DNA from: Patescibacteria group bacterium
GTDB taxonomy: Bacteria; Patescibacteriota; Patescibacteriia; UBA2591; JAQUPP01
Length of the DNA stretch: 64,000 nucleotides
Assembly: GCA_041649955.1 (NCBI GenBank)
Contig: JBAZMD010000001.1
Coordinates: 68,079 to 132,078, forward strand
Reading direction: 5' to 3'
The notes under the pieces were generated by a model. That model was not told the DNA's origin, searched no databases, and saw nothing but the letters and a program-made list of their open reading frames with translations. Positions 28,197-38,054 of this stretch are shown in pieces. The stretch's first letter is position 1. Each line of letters starts with the position of its first letter. A program made the position numbers and the translations under genes.

Positions 28197-28433
28197 TTAA
28201 GCCCATCTTATTGTGGATCCAATTCTGAATCCACATTCTTCCGCTACTGCAGTCGCCTTTTGAAACTCTTCGTTAAATTTTTGTGCTTGAACAAGATCCT
28301 GATTATCACATGCATTCCGAACTTTAAGAGCCATTTCTTTTAATTTCTGTATAACTCTTCCACTGGCACTATTCTGAGGCCAAATTCCAAAGACGGAATG
28401 AAAATTCTTTATATTTAAATAAATTTTTTTCAT
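28197..28433 (-). CDS. Hypothetical small protein (78 aa)
   Basis: Has its own promoter module, SD AGGAGGAAAG and a downstream hairpin terminator. Confidence 0.6.
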   Translation of the reverse strand: MKKIYLNIKNFHSVFGIWPQNSASGRVIQKLKEMALKVRNACDNQDLVQAQKFNEEFQKATAVAEECGFRIGSTIRWA

Positions 28434-28540
28434 CTTTCCTCCTTTTTCCCTTGTTTTTCAAGGGAATTTCTGAAAAATTTGATTTCTTGTTTTTAAACCC
28501 TTGTTATTAAATTACAAAGAACTTTATCTTTTATGTTAAA

Positions 28541-28569
28541 ATAATAGCATATTTTTTGATTTTTGTCAA
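28541..28569 (-). promoter_or_regulatory. Conserved promoter module (78-aa gene)
   Basis: ggggTTGACAaaaatcaaaaaatatgcTATTAT. Confidence 0.7.
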
Positions 28570-28580
28570 CCCCTTTATTA

Positions 28581-28611
28581 AAAATTCAAAAAGGCGAGAA
28601 TTAATCTCGCC
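28581..28611 (-). terminator. Intrinsic terminator after the Q-rich protein gene
   Basis: ggcgaga-attaa-tctcgcc, followed by tttttgaatttt. Confidence 0.7.
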
Positions 28612-28639
28612 TTTTTGCTTATCTAAAACCCTATATAAT

Positions 28640-30037
28640 CTATTGAGTTTTTTCTTCGTCTGTAGTCGAATCGGTGTTTTGAGTACCGAATTTCTTATCC
28701 ATTAATTGATTGAGTTTGTCTATCTTTGATTGAATAGTAGGATCTATGTTTGTTCTGTTTTTAGTGGCATAATTCATCACTTTGTTTAATTCATTACGGA
28801 CATCATTGATACTCTGGCAAGCGTCTCTGTAACCTTGATTTTCAACAGATTCAATAATCGGATCAATAATCTCTTGAATGGATTGTTTTATTTCCGGATC
28901 TTTCACTCTTAAAAGTTGTTTACTGATATCTTTAAAAGAAGTTACCACGCAATAAATATCACCCGGGTGCATACCTTCGCGCATTGGCGTTAAAGCTTCC
29001 ATTGCATCTTCTATTTCACCGGCTTGATATTTAGTATTGGCTTCAGTTAAAGCGGTTCTTACCTCAACAACATCGGCTTTAATTTTTTCCATATCCAAAC
29101 CTATTTTCTGATAATTTTTATTGACAACCAACTTCTCCGTTTTTTTAAGCTGAGTTTCTATTTGTTTGGTTTCTTTCGGAAATTCAACTTTCATTCTTAT
29201 TTCATTAAGAGTTTCCCAAAGTTGAGCGTCATAAAATTCTTGCATTGCTTCACGTTGAGTCATATCTGTCGGCGGAGTTTTAATATTTTGAGCAAAGATG
29301 TCTAATTGACTATTAATTTCTTGTAATTTAGCTCCTTCTTCGGATAAATTCGGTAATTTTTTCAAAGCAGTGGTTAAAGTTTTAATCTGCTTTTTCATGT
29401 CTTTTATCTGTTTGGTTACTCCTTTAATTTCTTGAGGGTCTACAAAATCGTTTTGATCTTGTCCTTCTTCATTCTGATCCTGATTCTGATTTACCTGAAC
29501 CTGTTTTGGTTGAGTTTGATTTGGTTTAATTTGATTTGATTGAGTGTTGTTCATCGGTTGAGGCATTTGTTGATTTTGCATCGGTTGTCCGGGTTGAGAT
29601 GTCTGTTGGCCTTCGCCTCCTGAAGTTGTTTGTCCGGGTTGTCCTGGCTGATTGATAATTATTTTCTGGCCTTGATTTTGTCCTTGATTCATTGGCTGAT
29701 TCGGCTGATTTCCATTTTGATTAAAATTCATTCCCGGCTGTTGGGTACCATTCATTGGTTGACTTTGCATTGGTTGTCCAGGCTGAAAATTTTGCTGATT
29801 GTTTGGTTGATTATTGGGTATTTGTTGGCCTTCATTTCCTTGCAAAATTTGTCCTTGCTGATTTTGCATTGGTTGATTAATAATTGTTTTCTGCTCCTGA
29901 TTTATCGGGGGCAAGGGTGATAAAATCTCAGCATTTTGAGCAATAGTCCGGCTAATTAAAACCGCGCCCGCGGCTATAGAAGCCAAACCGATCGCTAAAG
30001 GAATTTGAATAAAAGCTTTTTTGTTGTTGATTTGCAT
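28640..30037 (-). CDS. Membrane-anchored Q/N/P/G-rich low-complexity protein with a coiled-coil C-terminal half
   Basis: 465 aa counted from ATG 30037 (MQINNKKAFIQIPLAIGLASIAAGAVLI). A ~170-aa QPGQPMQNQ-type tract is followed by a heptad-rich region. The 56 extra upstream codons in the ORF track overlap mpg and were trimmed. Confidence 0.7.
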   Translation of the reverse strand: MQINNKKAFIQIPLAIGLASIAAGAVLISRTIAQNAEILSPLPPINQEQKTIINQPMQNQQGQILQGNEGQQIPNNQPNNQQNFQPGQPMQSQPMNGTQQPGMNFNQNGNQPNQPMNQGQNQGQKIIINQPGQPGQTTSGGEGQQTSQPGQPMQNQQMPQPMNNTQSNQIKPNQTQPKQVQVNQNQDQNEEGQDQNDFVDPQEIKGVTKQIKDMKKQIKTLTTALKKLPNLSEEGAKLQEINSQLDIFAQNIKTPPTDMTQREAMQEFYDAQLWETLNEIRMKVEFPKETKQIETQLKKTEKLVVNKNYQKIGLDMEKIKADVVEVRTALTEANTKYQAGEIEDAMEALTPMREGMHPGDIYCVVTSFKDISKQLLRVKDPEIKQSIQEIIDPIIESVENQGYRDACQSINDVRNELNKVMNYATKNRTNIDPTIQSKIDKLNQLMDKKFGTQNTDSTTDEEKTQ

Positions 30038-30125
30038 AAATTTATTATTATTTAATATATTTAGAAACCTTTCTATATTTAATAGTAACCCAAAACAAAA
30101 CATTTGACAAGTGGATAAGGGTGGG

Positions 30126-30668
30126 CTAATTTTTAAGCGAAAATCTCCATTTTTTGTTTGCCCAATAAGGTCCGGCATAATCAATCCCAACTCTCTTAGT
30201 CGCAAAAATGCGGGATTTATTTATTTTTTCTCCTCTGTCTTCCAACCAAAATCTTTTGCTTTCAATAACATCTTCGCCGTAAAATGATTTGTCCAATTTT
30301 AAATATCTACAAAGTTTTCCCGGCCCGGAAGTTAAATTTTTTTCTTTAGAAGCTAGAGCGCGAATTAAAACGCATTCCGGCTTGCCTGATTTAGAAGTAG
30401 TGATATTCAATTGCCAATACATGCCATAAACCAAATAAATATAAATATGCCCGCCCTTGAAATATTCAGCAATATTTCGAGAAGTCATTCGATTGTTATA
30501 AGCATGGCAAGCTCTGTCTTTTGGGCCGACATAAGCTTCTGTTTCAATAATTTTTCCTTCTAATTTTTTATTGCCGATTTTTCTGACAATATATTTCCCC
30601 AATAATTCCTTGGCTACTTTTAAAGTCGGCCGAGTATAAAAATTTCTGGTTAATTTTTTTATTTTCAT
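30126..30668 (-). CDS. mpg: 3-methyladenine DNA glycosylase (AAG/Mpg family)
   Basis: 180 aa. Motifs ETEAYVGPKDRACHAY and YIYLVYGMYWQLNI, typical of Mpg. Confidence 0.85.
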   Translation of the reverse strand: MKIKKLTRNFYTRPTLKVAKELLGKYIVRKIGNKKLEGKIIETEAYVGPKDRACHAYNNRMTSRNIAEYFKGGHIYIYLVYGMYWQLNITTSKSGKPECVLIRALASKEKNLTSGPGKLCRYLKLDKSFYGEDVIESKRFWLEDRGEKINKSRIFATKRVGIDYAGPYWANKKWRFSLKN

Positions 30669-30817
30669 CCCTCACCCTTCGACGATAATATTCGCCCTCG
30701 TATTTTCCAATTGCCTTTTATAAAATAAAAATAAATTTTCTTGAATCCAGATTAAACTGAATAAATTAGTAAAGACAGGCTCGTATTTGGAAAATAACAT
30801 CGTCGAAGGGTGAGGGA
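30668..30817. repeat. Perfect 19-nt inverted repeat spanning the mpg ribosome-binding region
   Basis: tccctcacccttcgacgat (30668-30686) pairs with atcgtcgaagggtgaggga (30799-30817). A second tier pairs tattttccaa with ttggaaaata. Confidence 0.7.
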
Positions 30818-30823
30818 TAAACT

Positions 30824-30856
30824 AAAGCCCTAGCTTTTTAATTAAGCTAGGGCTTT
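30824..30856 (-). terminator. Hairpin terminator after the 2308-aa gene
   Basis: aaagccctagct-ttttaatta-agctagggcttt. Confidence 0.6.
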
Positions 30857-30881
30857 AAAATTAATATCCTATTCTAACAAT

Positions 30882-33800
30882 TTATTTCGCGGCTAAGAAT
30901 TTCGGCGTGACTAAATTCTCGGCAAAATCTGAAATTGTTCCGCCGTCAGAATAAGTTTCAGCCTTAGAAATAGTCATTACCGGCACTTTGCTGTAACCAT
31001 TGTTGGTTAAAGCTTTGGCGGATAATTTATATTTCTTGCCGTTCTGAATCAGATAAATCTGAGAAGTTCCCGTGTATTTAACCAATGTTCCATTAGGATG
31101 TTTAGTCGTGGAATCAATCGTATCGCCTAAAGGATAATTGAATTTGGATAATAAATCATCAGGCACCCAAGTCACCAATTTCCATTTCGGATCATTGAAA
31201 AGTTTCTGATAAATCGCTGAAGATTTAACCGGTCTCAATTTGCCGTCAGAAACCATGAATACTGCCGAAGCGCTTAAACCGTGAAGCGATGTAGTCTTGC
31301 CTCTGAATAATGAACCGTCGCGGAATGTCATTGCTACGCCTTCAGAATATTTCGCAAATTCTTCAGAAGTAACCTTCTTGACTGTTGAGAAATTGGATGG
31401 ATAACCCCAAGAGAGATAAACATTAAGATGCGGGAAAACGTGCGCCTTGCCGTCCAAAATCATATAAACCGCGCCTGGTTGAGCAGTACAAGTCGGACAA
31501 ATAACCAAATCTCTATTTTTGAGATTATAAGTTATAACTTCTGCTGTTTCTTCTGATTCAGAAATAATTATTGCTGAAATTATTGAAGAGAGATTAAAAG
31601 TCTTATCTCTGAAACGGATATAAACCACTTTTTCTCCCTTACCAACTGGTAGTAACCAAGAACGAGTAGCTTGATACGGTTCCCAATTAATACCGACAAA
31701 ATCAATCGTATTACTAATCATCATTTCCGCGGCATCAGTAGCAGTAATGTTTAAAGTAACATTTCTGGAAGTAGTTTTCGCGGCACCACTATTTATCTTT
31801 AAGGATAAATCTTTTGGACCAAGATTACCTGCATTGCCACCACCTCCTGAACTGCCACTCATTGGGGTCGAATCTCCGCCAGCAGTAACAAACTTTCCTC
31901 CGGTAATACCGCCAGGTGTAAAATGGTTTGTGGTAACAATTATAACATTATTAGTTGCATCGCGAACCACTGATTTATAATTTTCCCAAGTGTTTGTGGT
32001 GTCATCAAAATATTTTGGCGTAATATCAGCTTCAGTATATCCATAATCTGTAATTAAATCCGGATCATAAGGGAATGTAATCTTTACGTCATTATCAAAT
32101 TGAGTGATTTCTTGACCAGTAGAGTCCTTAGCCGTGAAATCATAGTTAACGCCAAGCGGTTTATCTTTAGCATCCGGTTTCACTGATACCGTAGTTTGAT
32201 TTTCATCACCAACAGTCGGCGTAATAGTTACGGTAACTGTGCCACTGCTGGCTAAAGCTCCGGCTGGAATTTCAAGCGTCAGACCATTTGTAAGTTCAAT
32301 AGTTTTACTGTCTGAAGCGTTGAAAGTCGTAGTTTTAGCTTCAGGAACGGCAAGACCTGTGGTAACAAGAGTTAAATTCTTAGTTTGAGCGCCTGCTACG
32401 GTTATAACTTCAGTCGCAGCGCTTTCATAAAGGACTCCATCAATTTTGGCCGTGGCCTTAACATACCATGTTTCACCGGACTTAACTTTTAAAGTATAAG
32501 TTCCGTCAGAAGCCATTGTACCGGTTCCCTTATCCTCAGACCAAGCTTGTATCATTGCTTGTTTTCTAACGCTGTCTAAAGTAACCTCACCGGTGATAGT
32601 GGCATCTGATAAACTGAATTGAAGATCCTTACCTGTTACATTGGAATCGCCAACCGTCACACTGAGTAATGGCGGGTTAATCAAATCTCTCGCATCCCAA
32701 GGAGGAATACCGGCACCAATTTTGAAAGTACCACTGGTAACATTTAAAGTATAAGTGCCGTCATTTCCGGTAAAAGTACCAACACCCAAACCGCCCGGAC
32801 CCTTAAAATCATTTTTGGTCGTTTCATCACCAAAGTCAGCATAGACCCAAACTCCACTCATACCAACATCATCCGGATCCGTGATTGTACCGCTGATTGT
32901 TTTATCAAGTTTTTTAAGTTGGAAATTACGAGTAGTTGTACTATCGGCAATAACGGTTGATTTTACGTCTTCGGCTACTATTTTGTATTTATCATTATCA
33001 TCTCCAAAATTCATCATCGGATCAATAAAAGCGTCAACGTACCAACTGCCTGCTGAAACTTTTAATGAATATTTATCATTAACACTGCTTGGAGCAAATT
33101 CTGTTTGCGACCAGCCGCCATTTTCTTTATCACCATTGATAAAAGCGCGAACTCCTGTCACAACCGTATCTGTTCCTGCAGTATAAGAACTATCGCTATT
33201 AGTATCAAGATAAAATTTACCTTCAATCGTAGCATTATTCGGTGCCACCACTAAATCAATTTCTTTACATCCGGTTGTTTCGTCAGTACAAGTATCGCTT
33301 TCACCAACAGTAACAGTTTTAGTTACGGTTAAAGTATATTTAGAACCCGGAGGCGTATTTAAACCTAATTCATAACTGCCGAGCGGAACTTTAATTTCAG
33401 TATAACCATTAGCTAATCCTCCGCCGGCAAAACCACCTTTATCCATACCTGCTCCCATTGCTCCGCCGCCACCGCTGCCGCCACCTACAGCTGTTCCACC
33501 ACTACCTGCATCGCCGCTTCCACCTGCCATCATTTTCGGATCACCGAAATCAATAAAATCATTTACTGTCGGATCCGTATCTTTAACCCAAACTCCACCC
33601 CAAATATCGGAAACACGATTACCGTCAGCATCCACTACATTTACTTTAAGCAGACCATCGGCTACCTTTAATAAAAAGTCATTATTATCAGAAGTTTGAT
33701 TGGCGGTTATTGTTACTTGTTGCGGACCACCTTGATAAATATATTGAGTTGACATTGGCATAATCATTACGCCCCAATTTCCTTCACTGACAGTTAAATC

Positions 33801-36800
33801 AAATCTGCCGGTATTAGAATCTGTTTGTGTATTAGCCCAGCCCGGTCCATTCATTTGCCAAGCATTAACCATCACACTGCCAATTGCATTACCGGCCGAA
33901 TCTGTAACCGTTCCTTTAATATGAGCATTCTTTGCTGTTAAAATAAGTGTGCCTGCGTCAGTTGTTTGTTCAGAAATAGCTTTGATTTTAACCGGAGTGG
34001 AACCGCCATAACTCTGACCTTGTTCGCCCCAGTTTGGATTAGCCACCAAATCATAAGTACCAGCTGGAACTTTAAAAGTAAAACGTCCATCAGAATCAGT
34101 ATTGGCACCATTGCCACCACCCATCATACCGCCGCTATTGGCCATTACCCAAGAATTGGCAATTGCCGTAGCACCGGTTGGATCTTTAACTAAACCTGTA
34201 ATAATAGCATTGGCCACTTGAACTTCAAAATCCAAACCAGCATCAAGTATAGTAGCGCCTCCCGGACAATTTCCCACTGTACCGCGGCATTCCGTGCTGC
34301 CATCTTCGGTAAAAGTAGTTCTCTTTGGAGATTCATTATAAACCCAATCAGGTTGACCCATGCTCCAATCAGGATTTACACTTAACCACCAGCCGCCGCC
34401 GGCAAGTTTTAAAGTATATTCACCACTTGAATTTGTTAATGTTTCAAAATGTCCACCTCCCATATCGCGATTAGCTTGAACGCGGGCATTAGCGACTAAT
34501 GCACCGCTGCCCTTTTTAGTCACTGTACCGGTTAAAGTTTTTGTTGGGACAGTTAAGGTAATTAAATTATTTGCCTGAGCCACATTGGCCACTTTAACTG
34601 TGCCTACGTCATCAGCAACATCAACGGTTAATCCGCTTGGTTGAATCCAAGCTTTTTCACCGCCCCAAGGCAAATTGATTTCCATGGATAATCCGGTGGC
34701 ATTGGTTAAACCGCCGATTCGGAAATAACCTTGATCATCAGTTGAAGCACCACCCTGATTTTGCCACATTTGATCATGAATCATAATCCAAGACCATTGG
34801 ACAGGTTGATCATCCGCAGTTCCGGCAACTTCATCCGCACCCGGATTCATTACTCTTCCGGTAACTTGCGGCGTACCAAGTATGAGTTTACCGCCGGTTC
34901 CATAAGTCACACCTAAATCTAAATTAGAAGTTCCGGCAGCTACGGCAGAGGAAATTGTAATATTAGAATATTTTTTTGTTGAATAATTACGATAAACAGC
35001 TTGTTCTTCAGGCGTCCCCCAACGTGGAGCTTCAATTTCTAAAGCATAAGTTCCTGCTGTCACACCACCAAAAGAGAATTGACCGTTCTGATTAGTGTTT
35101 GTGCCATACCAACCACCCGTAGTACCGCCTTGCATTGGTCCTTCAATATGGAAATTAATCCAAGCATTAGCCACAGTTGTAGTAGTATTTGGAATAACAA
35201 CCGTACCGCTAATATTCGGAGTGCTTAAAATTATATTTTTGGTTCTGCTTGATTGAGAACTGGTAACTGTAACATTCTGAACAAGTTTTCTCCCGCAAGT
35301 AATATTTCCGCAACCATTCCAAGGATTTGCTTCCACTTCATAAGTACCAATAGTCACACCGCCAATGGCATAATTTCCATTAGCATCTGTTTGTGACCAT
35401 TGAGAACCGGACATTGAACCTTGTGATCGCATATTAATACCAACATTAGTTGCACCGATATCAGGATAACCCACCGGATCATCGCATTCAGCTTGAGTCA
35501 CAGTTGAATTGTCGTCATGTTTCGGTTTGCAAACACGACCGGTTAAACCATTAACTGTCGGGTCGCTTAACAAAACAAGTAAACTATTATTAGCAATTGT
35601 CAAAGCAGTACCCGGATCTGATACCTCGGTAATAGTAGTTCCGGCAACACTTACTACCATGCCTTGCGGCGCAGCATAAAGACTGCCGTATTGAGTATTG
35701 ACATTAAAATTCCAGCTGCCCGTAGGAACATTTAAACTAAATGTTCCATCACTTTGAGCACTGGCGCCATAACAACTACCGGCTGATTGATAAGGACAAA
35801 AATCAATCCAAATTCCGCTTTGTCCGGTTGTACCGGTTGGATCTTTAACTACACCAGTAACATTGGGTGCTGATAAAGTAAATGCGTCATCATCAACGCT
35901 ATCAAGAGTGTCAGCTTGATCTTTTAAATCATTAGAAGTAGTTGAAGTAATGGAAACTGAAAAATTACCGCTGGCACAAGCACTGCCGCTCGCCGGTTGA
36001 ATTCGAAGATTATAAGTACCAAGTGCCACGCCACCAAGAGAAAAATTACCACTATCATCAGTATTTACACCATACCAAGAACCATCTTTATCCATATTTA
36101 TCCAAGCGACGGTTGTTACACCACCGCATTTTACTTTTCCAAAAACATTTGGCAAAGCAAAAGTTTTATTTCCCAAATCAGTAATTTGTCCATCCGTAAC
36201 ATCAATGGCAAATTCAGCAGTTCTTGTTCTTGGATAACTTCTAAAGTCGCCGCTGTATGGCGGCTCAATTTCTAAAATATAATGAGTACTGTCTGTCACT
36301 CCGCCAAAATAAACTATGCCATCAGCATCGGTCTGTGCCCATTGATTGTAAGACCAATCCATAGTATGAAGACCAATATTGGCATAAGGCACTGGCAAAC
36401 CAGGCTGAGGATTACTTGCCGTAGCAGTATCACCTAAAGTACCAGGAGCCTTAATCGTTACTTTAACATTTTGAGCGGATAAATTGATATTAATGCCGGT
36501 TGCAGTTTGACCTGAAGTTAAACATTGAGAAGTTCTAACGCTTTTATATTGTAAAACTCTGTCTTGATAATCTTTGGGTCTGGCTTCAATTTCATAACAT
36601 TGGCTGCTGGTATCATTTGGAACATAAAGTTTCCATGTTCCGTTTGGACCGGTTGTTGTTCTTTGCTCATAGTCCCAAGTATAAGGACGAGCAACCACTT
36701 CTACGCCTTCCAATAATGTTGCGCCACTGGGAGATTTAACCGTACCGGAAAGAGTGGCTGTTCTAAAAGCTTGGGTGGCTAGTGTTGCCACTGAACCCAC

Positions 36801-37808
36801 CGTAGCTGTTTGACTGCTTAACTTGGAGGGCGCCACATAAGTCGCGCCGGCCGGGGTGCTGAATTGTATATTATAACTTCCGGTCGCACTTAATAATAAA
36901 GCATATTTGCCATTGGAATGAGTTTCCCCAAGCACGACATTTCCCATTTGTCCGGGCGTAAAAGATTCAACCTGGACTCTATCTATGTCACCGGCCGTAT
37001 CTGAGGTAAGACTACCTATAAATATGCCTTGCGTGCTATTCCAAATTATAAATGGTCGTGAATCTGAAACACGACGCGTATTCAAATCACTAATTATTAT
37101 ATCTACGCGGCCGTTTAATCCGGTTGGAATTGTAGCCGTAAGTTCAGTAGCTCCGGCAGTTGCAGGCGTGGATGTTACACTTCCTCCGTTAAAATTCCAA
37201 TATATTTCTGTTGCGTCAGTTGAGGTGGAATAATTAGAACCGGTAATCGTTACTGTATCGCCGACATTGCCGCACGGATAACCATTGCAAAGATCAGACT
37301 CAGTAGTATTGGTTATATAATTGATAATCGGATCAATAGAAGCGCTAACAGTATTGTTGGCAGTAAAATCTTCTATAGTTTGAGTTCCTGCTAAATTTTT
37401 AATATCTCCGGCTGTCATCTGCCAAGTTTGTCCTTCGCTTAATTTTAAATTTTTTAAACCGTAAATTCTTAAACGATAATCATTCTCGCCCGCCTGAATA
37501 CTTTGAGTTGACATATCATAAGGACTGAATCGACTTAATGTTCTGTCTGTTAATCCCGCTCCTGTTTCAAAAATAAAATTACGCAAATCTGTCGCGTAAT
37601 TGGTTGCACTTCCTGCTTCGGTTGTTGAAGATGGGGTTGTTTCTGCGGAAAATTGTCCGTTGAATGTAATTTCCGCTGAAGTTGTCGAGACCGTAATATC
37701 GGTCACGGCTATTGGTGCTAATGCACTCACTGATGTGGACAGCCCCATTGACCACAACATGGTCGTGGCTGTCACAAAAATTGAAAAAAACTTTTTTGTG
37801 TTGTTCAT
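30882..37808 (-). CDS. Giant (2308 aa) secreted surface protein made of a dozen or more prealbumin/CarboxypepD_reg-like beta-sandwich repeats, Gly-rich linkers and three C-terminal ~55-65-aa modules
   Basis: Signal peptide MNNTKKFFSIFVTATTMLWSMGLSTSVSALA. Recurrent units such as ITGLVKDPTGATAIANSWVMA...TDSDGRFTFKVPAGTYDLVANP. Gly tracts (GGSGGGGAMGAG, SGSSGGGGNAG). C-terminus HPNGTLVKYTGTSQIYLIQNGKKYKLS... Confidence 0.85.
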   Translation of the reverse strand: MNNTKKFFSIFVTATTMLWSMGLSTSVSALAPIAVTDITVSTTSAEITFNGQFSAETTPSSTTEAGSATNYATDLRNFIFETGAGLTDRTLSRFSPYDMSTQSIQAGENDYRLRIYGLKNLKLSEGQTWQMTAGDIKNLAGTQTIEDFTANNTVSASIDPIINYITNTTESDLCNGYPCGNVGDTVTITGSNYSTSTDATEIYWNFNGGSVTSTPATAGATELTATIPTGLNGRVDIIISDLNTRRVSDSRPFIIWNSTQGIFIGSLTSDTAGDIDRVQVESFTPGQMGNVVLGETHSNGKYALLLSATGSYNIQFSTPAGATYVAPSKLSSQTATVGSVATLATQAFRTATLSGTVKSPSGATLLEGVEVVARPYTWDYEQRTTTGPNGTWKLYVPNDTSSQCYEIEARPKDYQDRVLQYKSVRTSQCLTSGQTATGININLSAQNVKVTIKAPGTLGDTATASNPQPGLPVPYANIGLHTMDWSYNQWAQTDADGIVYFGGVTDSTHYILEIEPPYSGDFRSYPRTRTAEFAIDVTDGQITDLGNKTFALPNVFGKVKCGGVTTVAWINMDKDGSWYGVNTDDSGNFSLGGVALGTYNLRIQPASGSACASGNFSVSITSTTSNDLKDQADTLDSVDDDAFTLSAPNVTGVVKDPTGTTGQSGIWIDFCPYQSAGSCYGASAQSDGTFSLNVPTGSWNFNVNTQYGSLYAAPQGMVVSVAGTTITEVSDPGTALTIANNSLLVLLSDPTVNGLTGRVCKPKHDDNSTVTQAECDDPVGYPDIGATNVGINMRSQGSMSGSQWSQTDANGNYAIGGVTIGTYEVEANPWNGCGNITCGRKLVQNVTVTSSQSSRTKNIILSTPNISGTVVIPNTTTTVANAWINFHIEGPMQGGTTGGWYGTNTNQNGQFSFGGVTAGTYALEIEAPRWGTPEEQAVYRNYSTKKYSNITISSAVAAGTSNLDLGVTYGTGGKLILGTPQVTGRVMNPGADEVAGTADDQPVQWSWIMIHDQMWQNQGGASTDDQGYFRIGGLTNATGLSMEINLPWGGEKAWIQPSGLTVDVADDVGTVKVANVAQANNLITLTVPTKTLTGTVTKKGSGALVANARVQANRDMGGGHFETLTNSSGEYTLKLAGGGWWLSVNPDWSMGQPDWVYNESPKRTTFTEDGSTECRGTVGNCPGGATILDAGLDFEVQVANAIITGLVKDPTGATAIANSWVMANSGGMMGGGNGANTDSDGRFTFKVPAGTYDLVANPNWGEQGQSYGGSTPVKIKAISEQTTDAGTLILTAKNAHIKGTVTDSAGNAIGSVMVNAWQMNGPGWANTQTDSNTGRFDLTVSEGNWGVMIMPMSTQYIYQGGPQQVTITANQTSDNNDFLLKVADGLLKVNVVDADGNRVSDIWGGVWVKDTDPTVNDFIDFGDPKMMAGGSGDAGSGGTAVGGGSGGGGAMGAGMDKGGFAGGGLANGYTEIKVPLGSYELGLNTPPGSKYTLTVTKTVTVGESDTCTDETTGCKEIDLVVAPNNATIEGKFYLDTNSDSSYTAGTDTVVTGVRAFINGDKENGGWSQTEFAPSSVNDKYSLKVSAGSWYVDAFIDPMMNFGDDNDKYKIVAEDVKSTVIADSTTTRNFQLKKLDKTISGTITDPDDVGMSGVWVYADFGDETTKNDFKGPGGLGVGTFTGNDGTYTLNVTSGTFKIGAGIPPWDARDLINPPLLSVTVGDSNVTGKDLQFSLSDATITGEVTLDSVRKQAMIQAWSEDKGTGTMASDGTYTLKVKSGETWYVKATAKIDGVLYESAATEVITVAGAQTKNLTLVTTGLAVPEAKTTTFNASDSKTIELTNGLTLEIPAGALASSGTVTVTITPTVGDENQTTVSVKPDAKDKPLGVNYDFTAKDSTGQEITQFDNDVKITFPYDPDLITDYGYTEADITPKYFDDTTNTWENYKSVVRDATNNVIIVTTNHFTPGGITGGKFVTAGGDSTPMSGSSGGGGNAGNLGPKDLSLKINSGAAKTTSRNVTLNITATDAAEMMISNTIDFVGINWEPYQATRSWLLPVGKGEKVVYIRFRDKTFNLSSIISAIIISESEETAEVITYNLKNRDLVICPTCTAQPGAVYMILDGKAHVFPHLNVYLSWGYPSNFSTVKKVTSEEFAKYSEGVAMTFRDGSLFRGKTTSLHGLSASAVFMVSDGKLRPVKSSAIYQKLFNDPKWKLVTWVPDDLLSKFNYPLGDTIDSTTKHPNGTLVKYTGTSQIYLIQNGKKYKLSAKALTNNGYSKVPVMTISKAETYSDGGTISDFAENLVTPKFLAAK

Positions 37809-38054
37809 AGTTTTTCTAAAAAATAAATTTAATAAAAATATATTTAAAATTTCTAATTAGTAAAAACTCCCCCTATCTAAATAATCTTATTTTAATTTAC
37901 GAGTGAGTGAAAGAAAAGCAAAATTAATTTACTTTTTCAAATGAAGAAAATATAAAATTTAATGTCTTTTTATTATAACACTTTAAAAAATGAAAGGGTG
38001 GGGATGGTTGTGGATAACTTCCAAGGTTATCAAAAATTGCGAGTTTAAAAAACA

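Noticed and set aside
29500-29920. Periodic DNA repeats that might suggest a CRISPR or tandem-repeat array
   Set aside because: The repeats are imperfect and in-frame, and they encode the Q/N/P-rich tract of one long ORF. There is no repeat-spacer regularity and there are no cas genes.
30038-30205. N-terminal 56-codon extension of the Q-rich protein ORF, overlapping the 3' end of mpg
   Set aside because: The extension overlaps mpg by 80 nt and has no signal or SD. An internal Met at 30037 begins a clean signal-anchor sequence.
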